From an uncultured Candidatus Saccharibacteria bacterium (GTDB lineage Bacteria; Patescibacteriota; Minisyncoccia; Minisyncoccales; CAZKCU01), in assembly GCA_964431915.1 (NCBI GenBank), contig CAYSLI010000001.1, positions 191,824-255,823 on the forward strand: 64,000 bases of DNA, given 5' to 3'. The translations under genes were made by a program, and so were the position numbers. The notes under the pieces were generated by a model. The model made no database searches. It worked only from the letters and a program-made list of their open reading frames with translations, and had not been told where the DNA came from. Shown here one piece after another: positions 43,059-52,776 of the stretch. The first letter of the stretch is position 1; the number at the start of each line of letters is the position of its first letter.

Positions 43059-45260
43059 ATGGCTAAAAAGAAAAATCAAAAAAAGAATAGAAGAATCTTT
43101 GGAAAAACAAGGAATCCAGGATACCTTTCCGCTTTGTCCGGCAAAACCAAAAGATGGATTTGGGGAATTTTATTTTTATTAGTGGCAATAATTCTGATAT
43201 TTTCTTTTGCGGATAAAGCCGGGATAGCCGGGAAAGCTCTAATGAAAGGACTTACTTTTTTAATAGGAAAGACAGTTTTTATAATTCCTTTAATTTTTGC
43301 AATAGCTAGTGGAATATTTTTAACCACAAAATACAAAAAATTTTTATTGCCAGCAACTTTAGCAATTCTGCTTTTGATTTTGGGAATTTCTGGAATTTTG
43401 GGGAGCCTAAATTCGGACCAAAAACTTGCCCCAGTTAAACCTGGAATAGGAGAGGGAGAGGGGGGGTGGATAGGTTATATTTTTAGCTTATCCTTGATTA
43501 AATTATTTGGTTTTTGGGTAACTCAAATTATATCTGGAGTTCTAATTATTATCGGGGGTTTAATTTTCTGGCAATTTTTAAAACAAGCTATGCCTTCAAA
43601 AACTGAAGCCGAAATCTTGGAAAAGGAAACTTCTGAACCTTCTTTTATTAAAAGAATTTTTAGGCCAAAATTTAGGGTAAAAGAAATCCCGCCCCTATCT
43701 CCCAAAGAGAGGGAAAAAGCTGAAGCACAACCTGGCTTTCCGGAGTCAAAAACTAAAGTACCGGAACCTGCTGCAATTTCTAGCCCGGAAGGTTATCATT
43801 TCCCGCCTTTGGATTTACTTGAGTCAGATACCGGGCAACCTTCCAGCGGTGATATCAAAGTAAATTCGGCAATCATTAAAAAAACTTTACAAAATTTTGA
43901 TATTCCAGTAGAGATGTCCAAGGTAAATATTGGCCCCACTGTTACTCAATATACCTTAAAGCCAGCTGAAGGAGTAAAATTATCAAAAATTACCGCTTTA
44001 AGTAATAATCTTTCCTTAGCCCTGGCCGCTCATCCCATTAGAATTGAAGCTCCTATTCCTGGCAAACCCTTAGTGGGAATTGAGATTCCAAACAAAATCC
44101 GAACGAGGGTGAGACTGAGAAATCTTTTTTCTCTTCCTGAATTTCAAAATCATCCTTCGAATTTAGCCATTACCTTAGGAAAAGATGTAACCGGGAAGGC
44201 TGTTTTTACAGATTTAGGAAAGATGCCTCATCTTTTAGTTGCCGGGGCTACGGGTACTGGAAAGACAATTTATTTAAACTCTTTAATTTTGAGTCTTCTT
44301 TATCGAAATGGGCCGGAGATTTTAAGATTTATTTTAATTGACCCCAAAAGAGTGGAATTTCCAGTCTATCAAGATTTCCCCCACCTTTTAACCCCGGTAA
44401 TTTATAATGCCCAAAAAACAATAAATGTATTAAAATGGTTGACCTTAGAGATGGAAAGAAGGTTTGAAATTTTGGCCGAGACAAAAACTCGAAATATCAC
44501 TCTCTATAATGAAGCAGTTTTAAAAAAGGGCGACCATTTAATGCCTTATATTGTTTTAATTATTGACGAGTTAGCTGATTTAATGGCTGCCAGAGGTAAA
44601 GAAATTGAAGCTGGAATTGTTAGGTTAGCCCAGATGGCCAGAGCGGTTGGCATCCATCTGGTAGTTGCTACTCAGCGACCCTCGGTTGAGGTAATTACCG
44701 GTTTAATTAAAGCTAACATAACTTCAAGGATTGCCTTTCAGGTCGCTTCTCAAGTTGATTCAAGGACAATTTTAGATATGGCTGGAGCAGAAAAACTTTT
44801 GGGGGTAGGAGACCTTTTGTATCTTTCAGCTGAATCGGCTAAACCCAAAAGAATGCAGGGAGCTTATGTTTCAGAAAAAGAGCTAAAAAGGGTAATGGAA
44901 TTTTTCAAGAAAAAAGGCATGCCTCCTATTTTTAAAAATGAACTTGAAGAAAATTTGAAAGAAGAGTTAGAAAAAAGAGAAATGGATGAAACGGGAGAAA
45001 GAGCTGAAACCTTTTTTAAGGGAGAAGATCCTCTTTATGAAGAGGCCAAAAAATTAGTGATTCGCTCAAGAAAAGCCTCAGCTTCTTTACTTCAAAGATA
45101 TCTCCGGATTGGCTATGCCAGGGCGGCAAGACTTATTGACATGCTCCAAGAAAGGGGAGTGGTTGGGCCAGGAGAAGGAGCTAAAGCCCGCCAGGTTTAT
45201 ATAAAAGAAGAAGGAGGGACTGAAGAAGAGGAGGAGTCAGATGGCTGGAAAAAAGTTTAA
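43059..45260 (+). CDS. ftsK: DNA translocase FtsK/SpoIIIE
   Basis: N-terminal TM helices, linker, Walker A GATGTGKT, and a C-terminal gamma winged-helix domain. 733 aa. Confidence 0.9.
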   Translation: MAKKKNQKKNRRIFGKTRNPGYLSALSGKTKRWIWGILFLLVAIILIFSFADKAGIAGKALMKGLTFLIGKTVFIIPLIFAIASGIFLTTKYKKFLLPATLAILLLILGISGILGSLNSDQKLAPVKPGIGEGEGGWIGYIFSLSLIKLFGFWVTQIISGVLIIIGGLIFWQFLKQAMPSKTEAEILEKETSEPSFIKRIFRPKFRVKEIPPLSPKEREKAEAQPGFPESKTKVPEPAAISSPEGYHFPPLDLLESDTGQPSSGDIKVNSAIIKKTLQNFDIPVEMSKVNIGPTVTQYTLKPAEGVKLSKITALSNNLSLALAAHPIRIEAPIPGKPLVGIEIPNKIRTRVRLRNLFSLPEFQNHPSNLAITLGKDVTGKAVFTDLGKMPHLLVAGATGTGKTIYLNSLILSLLYRNGPEILRFILIDPKRVEFPVYQDFPHLLTPVIYNAQKTINVLKWLTLEMERRFEILAETKTRNITLYNEAVLKKGDHLMPYIVLIIDELADLMAARGKEIEAGIVRLAQMARAVGIHLVVATQRPSVEVITGLIKANITSRIAFQVASQVDSRTILDMAGAEKLLGVGDLLYLSAESAKPKRMQGAYVSEKELKRVMEFFKKKGMPPIFKNELEENLKEELEKREMDETGERAETFFKGEDPLYEEAKKLVIRSRKASASLLQRYLRIGYARAARLIDMLQERGVVGPGEGAKARQVYIKEEGGTEEEEESDGWKKV

Positions 45261-45280
45261 AGTTGTGATAATCTAAAATT

Positions 45281-46276
45281 ATGGCAAAACAAAAAAAACA
45301 AGATACTAAGAAAAAGGATTTGGCAGAGGCGGTTGAGGAAATCAAACAGCGGTTTGGTGAAGGAGCGATTATGAAACTAAAAGAGGTAAGACCGGTTGAT
45401 ATTGGTGTTATTCCTACGGGAGCAATTTCTTTAGATTTAGCCTTAGGAGTAGGTGGAATTCCCAGAGGGAGAGTGATTGAAATTTATGGGATTGAATCGA
45501 CCGGAAAAAGTACTTTAGCTTTGCATGTTTGTTCTGAGGCCCAAAAAAAGGGCGGTGTGGCTGCTTTTATTGATGTTGAGCATGCCTTAGACCCAGATTA
45601 TGCCAGAAAAATCGGAGTAAACCTTGATGACCTTTTAATTTCCCAACCAGACTCAGGTGAACAAGCTCTCCAGATCGTTGAAACTTTAGTTAGGCCAGGG
45701 CTGGTAGATGTCGTTGTTATTGATTCGGTAGCCGCTTTAACTCCAAAAGCCGAGATTGCCGGGGAGATGGGTGAGTTTCAGATAGGACTTCAAGCCCGTC
45801 TTATGAGTCAAGCATTGAGAAAGCTTTCCGGGATTGTTGCTAAGACAAAAACAGCTGTTATATTTTTAAATCAAACCAGAATGAAAATTGGGGTTAGGTG
45901 GGGGAATCCAGAAACAACCCCTGGGGGATTAGCTTTAAAATTTTATGCCTCGGTAAGAATTAATTTAAAAAGAATAGCTCAGATAAAATACAAGGATGAA
46001 ATTATTGGCAGCAGGATTAAGGCAAAAATAGTTAAAAATAAGGTGGCCGCTCCTTTTAAAACTACCGAATTTGATATTTATTACAATGAAGGAATTTCCA
46101 AATTTGCAGATATTTTAAATACTGGAGTAAAATATGAAATTGTCAAAAAAGCCGGCTCTTGGTTTCAATTTGAAAATACAAAATTAGGCCAGGGGATAGA
46201 GGAGGGCAGAACTTTTTTAAAGGAAAATCCGGAAGTAACTAAAAAAATAGTCAAAGAGATAAAAAAAGCGATATAG
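45281..46276 (+). CDS. recA: Recombinase RecA
   Basis: Walker [11 protein letters not shown]1/L2 loop regions. 331 aa. Confidence 0.97.
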   Translation: MAKQKKQDTKKKDLAEAVEEIKQRFGEGAIMKLKEVRPVDIGVIPTGAISLDLALGVGGIPRGRVIEIYGIESTGKSTLALHVCSEAQKKGGVAAFIDVEHALDPDYARKIGVNLDDLLISQPDSGEQALQIVETLVRPGLVDVVVIDSVAALTPKAEIAGEMGEFQIGLQARLMSQALRKLSGIVAKTKTAVIFLNQTRMKIGVRWGNPETTPGGLALKFYASVRINLKRIAQIKYKDEIIGSRIKAKIVKNKVAAPFKTTEFDIYYNEGISKFADILNTGVKYEIVKKAGSWFQFENTKLGQGIEEGRTFLKENPEVTKKIVKEIKKAI

Positions 46277-46342
46277 ATGATATAATGAATCAAAACAAAA
46301 AAACGACTTTAACCAATAGGCCGTTTTTTTTGTTCAAGATAG

Positions 46343-47013
<671 letters not shown>

Positions 47014-47454
47014 TTATTCGCCTAAAATTTCTTCCAATTTTTTATCTATTTCTTTTAATTCGACCTTTTTTTCTTTTGGTTTGACAATTTTTTTATCTTT
47101 GTAAGTTTTAGAAGGCGAAATTTTGAGGGGCTGAGGCATTTTTTTACCTCCTGCTAGGGAGATTTTAGGTTGTGGTTTAGTTAAAATTAGATAACGGAGA
47201 ATCTGATTTTCTGACCTGAGCCTTTTTTCCAAACTTCCTAATTTTTCAGGAGCCAAATTAAAATTTATGGTAACTACAAAAGCTTCCTCTTCGTTTTTTA
47301 TTGGATATCCCAATTTTCTTTTAAGAGAATTTCTGCTATCAGTAAAAATTCCATCTTCTCCCTGAATAAGAGATTGTATTTTCTTCTGAAAGGCCTCTCC
47401 TTCCTCTTTAGAGAGACCGGGAGTAAGAAGATAAGTGATTTCGTATTGTTTCAT
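47014..47454 (-). CDS. rpsF: 30S ribosomal protein S6 (with C-terminal Lys-rich extension)
   Basis: MKQYEITYLL... S6 N-terminal fold. Synteny. Confidence 0.75.
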   Translation of the reverse strand: MKQYEITYLLTPGLSKEEGEAFQKKIQSLIQGEDGIFTDSRNSLKRKLGYPIKNEEEAFVVTINFNLAPEKLGSLEKRLRSENQILRYLILTKPQPKISLAGGKKMPQPLKISPSKTYKDKKIVKPKEKKVELKEIDKKLEEILGE

Positions 47455-48530
47455 ATTTTAAATTCTATTATATCGCCGTCTGCAACCAAATAATCTTTTC
47501 CAACTGTTCTTAACCAACCCAGCTCCCTTGCTTTGGTCCAAGAATTAGCTTCAATTAATTTTTGCCAGGGGATGACTTCAGCCCGGATAAACTTTTCCTC
47601 AAAATCAGAATGAACTTTTGCTCCTGCCTGAGGAGTTGGGGTCTGACGTTTTACGGTCCAGGCGCGAGTTTCTTTTCCTCCAGCTATGGTAAAAAAAGTA
47701 ATTAAACTAAGGGCATTGTAACAACCCAAAATTAACTGGTCAAGCTGAGATTTTAGTTTGAGTTCTTCTATTTCCGACTCTGACAATTCTGAAATTTCTT
47801 CTTCTTCTTTTAAATTCATTACCAAAAACTTATCCTTCAATTTAACGAGGTTCAGCCGTGTCACATTGTTGATGTTTAGAATATAGAAAATGGGTTTTTG
47901 AGTTAAAAACTGATATTCTTTAATTTCTAATTTCTCTTCCTCGGTTAAATCAATCTCAGAAATCAGTTTTCCCTGGGATACCCCTTGCTTTATTTTCTCC
48001 AAAAACTCTAATTTTTTAGGAACTTTTTTATCTCTCTTTGTATCTTTCTGGACTTTTGAAATTAAATTTTCTAAAGTTTCCAGGTCTTTCATCAAAAGCT
48101 CTAGTTTAACAATCCCAATTTCTTTTTCTGGATTAATTTCTCCCAAAACATTCTCAACATTTGGATTTTCAAAAACCCTGATTACTTCTAAAATGGCATC
48201 ACAGTTTCTAATGTGAGCCAGAAACTGATTTCCTAACCCTTCGCCTTTGTGAGCTCCTTTAACAAGACCGGCAATATCTACAAACTCAATGATAGTAGGG
48301 GTAACTTTTTCCGGTTTAATAATTTGAGCAATCTTTTTTAATCTTTCGTCAGGGACAGAAACTGTTCCATAATTCGGATGCAAGGTTGTAAAAGGATAGG
48401 CAGCGATATCAACCTTTTTTTTGGTTAGAGCTTTAAATAATGTTGATTTTCCAACATTGGGTAAGCCAACAATAGCTACTGAAAAACTCATATTTTTATG
48501 ATATAATAAAGCATTATGAAAATCAACCAT
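47451..48530 (-). CDS. ychF: Ribosome-binding ATPase YchF (Obg family). The true start is probably the internal Met at 48491.
   Basis: G1 VAIVGLPNVGKSTLF. AYPFTTLHPNYG. C-terminal TGS domain. Confidence 0.85.
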   Translation of the reverse strand: MVDFHNALLYHKNMSFSVAIVGLPNVGKSTLFKALTKKKVDIAAYPFTTLHPNYGTVSVPDERLKKIAQIIKPEKVTPTIIEFVDIAGLVKGAHKGEGLGNQFLAHIRNCDAILEVIRVFENPNVENVLGEINPEKEIGIVKLELLMKDLETLENLISKVQKDTKRDKKVPKKLEFLEKIKQGVSQGKLISEIDLTEEEKLEIKEYQFLTQKPIFYILNINNVTRLNLVKLKDKFLVMNLKEEEEISELSESEIEELKLKSQLDQLILGCYNALSLITFFTIAGGKETRAWTVKRQTPTPQAGAKVHSDFEEKFIRAEVIPWQKLIEANSWTKARELGWLRTVGKDYLVADGDIIEFKI

Positions 48531-49982
48531 CGAGTGCCGCTATTGCAGCACGAAGATAAAGATGAGAACGAAGTTCTCATCGCCCCCTCAATTTTTCGCG
48601 CCTATGATATTCGCGGAATTTACCCGGAACAGTTGAATGAAACTGTGGCTTGGAGAGTAGCCAGGACAATAGCTGAATTTTACCCTAAGCCCCAAAAATT
48701 AGTTGTTGCTTGTGACCCGAGATTAAGTTCGCCGTCTCTTTTGAAAGCAGTAATAAACGCTTTTTTAGAGAGTGGCAAAGAAGTAATAAATATTGGAATA
48801 GCTCCAGATCCTTTATTTTACTTTACTATCTTCCACTATAATTACGACGGTGGGATAATGATTTCTGGTTCTCATAATCCAAAAGAATATAATGGAATAA
48901 CCTTGAACATTAGAAAATCGGCAAAAGGCAAACCAGGAGATATAATTCAAGAAGAATTAGAGAAAATCAAAGAAAGAGTTTTAGAAAAAAGAGAGTTTGA
49001 AAGCTCGACAAAAAGGGGGAGTGTTAAAGAATTTGATCCAACTGAGGATTACATTAATTATGTAGCCTCGCGAGTAAAACTTAAAAGGCAATTAAAAATT
49101 ATTATTGACTCAGCTAATGGTTCCTGCGGTTATCTTCCGGAAAAAGTTTTTAAAAAACTAGGTTGTGAGGTAAAAACTCTTTATGCTGATTTTGATGGTA
49201 CTTTTCCAAATCATCCGCCAGACCCTTATAAAAAAGAGAATTTAAAAGATATTGAAGAAAAAGTTTTAAAAGAAAAAGCTGATATTGGTTTTGCTTTTGA
49301 TGCTGATGGCGACAGAGTGGCACCAATTGACAATAAAGGAAGGCAGGTTTTAGGAGATGCTTGTCTTTTAATGTTAGCCCGACATGTCCTGAAAAAGAAA
49401 AAAGGTCCGATTGTTCATTGTATGCGGGCTTCAAAAACTCTTTTAGATGAGATGGCAAGAGAAGATGTTAAAACTTATTTTTCTGTTTCTCATCATAGCG
49501 CGATTATTAAAAAAATAATTGAAGTGGGTGCTGTTTTTGGAGGTGAAATTACTTATCATTTATTTTTCCCGCTCGATTATTATCTTTATGACGATGCTTT
49601 GTTTGCCTCTTTGAAATTAGCCGAGATTACCTCCCAATACGAAAATTTTTCTCAATATATTGATAATTTACCTTCTTATCAGGCCAGTCCAGAAGTGTTT
49701 ATCGAGTTTCCCGACGAAAAGAAGTTTAAGATTATTGCAAATTTGCAAGAATATTTAAGAAAAAATAGTTATGATTTCATTGATATTGATGGAGCGCGGA
49801 TTAATTTTCATAATGGCTGGGCCTTAATTAGAGCATCGAACACAGGACCATTTCTTAAATGTCGTTTTGAAGGTGAAACAAGAAAAAACTTACTAGAGAT
49901 AGAAAAAAAATCATTGGAGATTTTCCAAAAAGCTGGAGTTCCGATAACAAAAAAGATCTATCAGGAATTAGATCTTAAATAA
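48516..49982 (+). CDS. Phosphomannomutase/phosphoglucomutase family protein
   Basis: Active-site loop GIMISGSHNP. Mg-binding DADGDR. 488 aa. The annotated 5' end overlaps the divergent ychF, so the start is uncertain. Confidence 0.8.
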   Translation: MKINHRVPLLQHEDKDENEVLIAPSIFRAYDIRGIYPEQLNETVAWRVARTIAEFYPKPQKLVVACDPRLSSPSLLKAVINAFLESGKEVINIGIAPDPLFYFTIFHYNYDGGIMISGSHNPKEYNGITLNIRKSAKGKPGDIIQEELEKIKERVLEKREFESSTKRGSVKEFDPTEDYINYVASRVKLKRQLKIIIDSANGSCGYLPEKVFKKLGCEVKTLYADFDGTFPNHPPDPYKKENLKDIEEKVLKEKADIGFAFDADGDRVAPIDNKGRQVLGDACLLMLARHVLKKKKGPIVHCMRASKTLLDEMAREDVKTYFSVSHHSAIIKKIIEVGAVFGGEITYHLFFPLDYYLYDDALFASLKLAEITSQYENFSQYIDNLPSYQASPEVFIEFPDEKKFKIIANLQEYLRKNSYDFIDIDGARINFHNGWALIRASNTGPFLKCRFEGETRKNLLEIEKKSLEIFQKAGVPITKKIYQELDLK

Positions 49983-50004
49983 TAAATCTTTTTAATTGAC
50001 TTTT

Positions 50005-50982
50005 TTAAACTAAGCCCATTTTTTTTCGGACCTCAGCCATAGTAGATTGAGCAATAATCTGGGCTTTTCTGTTTCCTTTATCTAAGATATCTCTGACATA
50101 AACTTCTCTTGAGAGAAGTTCTTTTCTTTTTCGGCGAAATGGTTCTAAAGAATTTATTAGAAGCTTAGCCAAAGATTTCTTAAAATCAGCATAACCCTTT
50201 CCTTTACTTTTTTTCTCAATTTCTTTAATTGTTTTTTCCGAAAACAGAGAATAAATAATTAAGAGATTAGATATCCCTGGTTTCTTTTTCTGGTCATATT
50301 TAATTACCTTTCCAGTGTCAGTGACAGCTGACATTATCTTCTTTTGAATTTCTTCCGGTTCATCAAATAACCCAATACAACCCCGGGAGTCATCGGTTTT
50401 TGACATTTTTTTCTTAGGATTTTGCAAACTCATTATTTTTGCTCCGATTTTGGGAAGTAAAACTTTTGGTTCCTTGAAAGTTTGGCCGAAGATTTGATTA
50501 AATTTTCTGGCAACGGTTCTAGCTAATTCAACGTGTTGTTCTTGGTCTTTTCCTACTGGAACTAAATCGGTTTGATAAAGCAAAATATCAGCAGCCATTA
50601 AAACCGGGTAATTCAAAAGGCCGGCATTGATATATTCTTTGTGTTTTTTGGCCTTTTCTTTAAACTGGGTCATTCTTTGGAGTTCGCCCAAAGGGGTAAT
50701 TGTTCCTAAAAACCAGGCAAGTTCTGAATGTTCTTTGATTTGGGACTGAACGAAAAAAATACATTTTTCCGGGTTGAGACCAGCAGCTAAATAGATAATA
50801 GCTACATCAAGGATATTTTTTTGAAGCTCTTTGGGATTATAAGGCGTAGTGATTCCATGTAAATCAACAATACAAAAAATACATTCATTTTTTTCTTGAA
50901 GTTCAAGCCATTGTTTAATAGCTCCCAAATAATTTCCAATATGTAGTTCTCCAGTTGGCCTAATGCCGCTAAATATCCTCAT
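50005..50982 (-). CDS. trpS: Tryptophanyl-tRNA synthetase
   Basis: HIGH motif (TGELHIGNYLG). KMSKT. 325 aa. Confidence 0.9.
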   Translation of the reverse strand: MRIFSGIRPTGELHIGNYLGAIKQWLELQEKNECIFCIVDLHGITTPYNPKELQKNILDVAIIYLAAGLNPEKCIFFVQSQIKEHSELAWFLGTITPLGELQRMTQFKEKAKKHKEYINAGLLNYPVLMAADILLYQTDLVPVGKDQEQHVELARTVARKFNQIFGQTFKEPKVLLPKIGAKIMSLQNPKKKMSKTDDSRGCIGLFDEPEEIQKKIMSAVTDTGKVIKYDQKKKPGISNLLIIYSLFSEKTIKEIEKKSKGKGYADFKKSLAKLLINSLEPFRRKRKELLSREVYVRDILDKGNRKAQIIAQSTMAEVRKKMGLV

Positions 50983-50990
50983 ATTTTTTA

Positions 50991-52673
50991 TTAAACTTCT
51001 ATGACTACAGGTAAAATCATTGGCCTTCTCTGAGTTTTGGAAAAAAGAAATTGGCCGATTTTGTTTCTTATTTCATTTTTGACATAACTCCAATTAACAG
51101 CTCCCCCAGAACCAGCTGCTTTATCGACAATACCGATTACCTTTTTTCTTGTTTCTTTGAGTAATTCCTTTGACTCTCTAAGATAAACAAATCCTCTTGA
51201 TATTATATCAGGAGAACCCTTGACTTTACCAGAGATTCTATCAATTACGGCTACAATTACAAACATTCCATCCTGAGCTAAATTTTGTCTATCTCTTAAA
51301 ACAACTTCTCCAACATCTCCTATTCCTAAACCATCAACCATAACAAGATTTGAAGGGACGGCTTTTTTCTCTATAAAAATTTCTTTCTGGTTTAAATTAA
51401 TTATTTTTCCGTTTTCAGCTAAAATAATATTTTTTTCGGGCACACCCATTTTTTGAGCAATTTCAGCGTGAATTACTAACATTGAAAATTGCCCATAAGC
51501 AGGAAGAAAAAATTTCGGTTTCATAATGTTTATCATTTTCTTAAGTTCTTCCTGGTGAGCATGTCCGCCGGCGTGAATATCCATCATTTTATAGTGGAAA
51601 ACCCTTGCTCCTTGTCGATAAAATTCATCTTTTAAAACTTGAACCGTTCTTTCATTGCCAGGAATTGCAGAGGAAGAGAAAATAATTGTATCTCCTCTTT
51701 TAAAATGGATAAATTTATGTTCGTTGTTTGCAATTCTCATTAAAACCGCCCGTCCTTCTCCTTGAGCTCCAGTACAAATAACGGTTATTTCTGAATTGGG
51801 ATAATTAGTAATCTGCTTTGCCTTAATTAAAGTGCCATTTTTTATCTTTAGATATCCTAATTTTCTGGCAATTTCTACATTAGTTTTCATTGAACGTCCT
51901 TCTATGCAAACTCTCCTTCCATATTTTTCCGAGAGGGCAATGATTTGCTGAATTCTGTTTAAAAGAGAAGCAAAGGTAGATGCAATAATCCGTCCTTTTG
52001 TCTCTTTGAAAATTTCATCTAAGTTTTCTTCAATTGTTTTTTCTGACAAGGAATGTCCGGGCTCTTCAGCATTAGTTGAATCTGAAATTAAAAGCAGAAT
52101 ATCTCTTTTTCCTAACATTTCTAATTTTTTAAAATCAGTTGGTAAGTCATTTACTGGAGTTTGGTCAAATTTGAAATCAGAAGTAATTAAAACATTTCCT
52201 ACCGGTGTTTTAATGAAAAGGCCAAGATTTCCAGGAATGCTGTGATTTTGTGAAAAAAATTCAATATTAAAAGGACCAATTTTTATTCTATCATTGTTTT
52301 TAACAATAGTAATATCCAATCTTGGCAGATTCGGAAATTCCTCCTGTCTTTTTAGGATGATTCCCCGGGTAAGAGCAGAAGTAAAAATAGGAGGATTGCC
52401 AATTTTTTCAATTAGATAAGGGATAGCACCAATGTGGTCGTAATGGCCGTGGGTGATAAGCGCTCCCAAGATATTTTTTGTTTTATTCTTTAAATAACTA
52501 ACATTAGGAATAATACAATCAATTCCCAGCATATCTTCTTCTGGAAAACCAAGGCCCATGTCAATAATCAAAATTTTCCCTTCATATTCAAGGAGCATCA
52601 TATTACGGCCAACCTCGCCTAATCCACCAAGCGGAATAATGCGGAGGTTGGGCTTTTTTGTTGATTTAATCAT
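50991..52673 (-). CDS. rnj: Ribonuclease J (metallo-beta-lactamase / beta-CASP)
   Basis: HGHYDHIG motif and beta-CASP motifs. Start moved to Met28 of the track ORF (MIKSTKKPNLRIIPLGG...), because the upstream 27 codons overlap a tRNA gene. Confidence 0.85.
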   Translation of the reverse strand: MIKSTKKPNLRIIPLGGLGEVGRNMMLLEYEGKILIIDMGLGFPEEDMLGIDCIIPNVSYLKNKTKNILGALITHGHYDHIGAIPYLIEKIGNPPIFTSALTRGIILKRQEEFPNLPRLDITIVKNNDRIKIGPFNIEFFSQNHSIPGNLGLFIKTPVGNVLITSDFKFDQTPVNDLPTDFKKLEMLGKRDILLLISDSTNAEEPGHSLSEKTIEENLDEIFKETKGRIIASTFASLLNRIQQIIALSEKYGRRVCIEGRSMKTNVEIARKLGYLKIKNGTLIKAKQITNYPNSEITVICTGAQGEGRAVLMRIANNEHKFIHFKRGDTIIFSSSAIPGNERTVQVLKDEFYRQGARVFHYKMMDIHAGGHAHQEELKKMINIMKPKFFLPAYGQFSMLVIHAEIAQKMGVPEKNIILAENGKIINLNQKEIFIEKKAVPSNLVMVDGLGIGDVGEVVLRDRQNLAQDGMFVIVAVIDRISGKVKGSPDIISRGFVYLRESKELLKETRKKVIGIVDKAAGSGGAVNWSYVKNEIRNKIGQFLFSKTQRRPMILPVVIEV

Positions 52674-52675
52674 AG

Positions 52676-52760
52676 TGCCGAAGGTGGGATTCGAACCCAC
52701 AAGGGCTTTCGCCCAACGGCTCCTGGGGCCGCCGCGTTTACCAAATTTCGCCACTTCGGC
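52676..52760 (-). tRNA. tRNA-Leu (anticodon CAG), type II with long variable arm. No encoded CCA.
   Basis: Minus-strand sequence GCCGAAG-TG-GCGAAATTTGGTAAACGC-G-GCGGC-CCCAGGA-GCCGT-TGGGCGAAAGCCCTT-GTGGG-TTCGAAT-CCCAC-CTTCGGC-A. It has a 7-bp acceptor stem, a T-loop TTCGAAT, and a variable-arm hairpin GGGC-GAAA-GCCC. Position 33 is C, which is atypical. Confidence 0.7.
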
Positions 52761-52776
52761 TTATCATCTACGGGGC

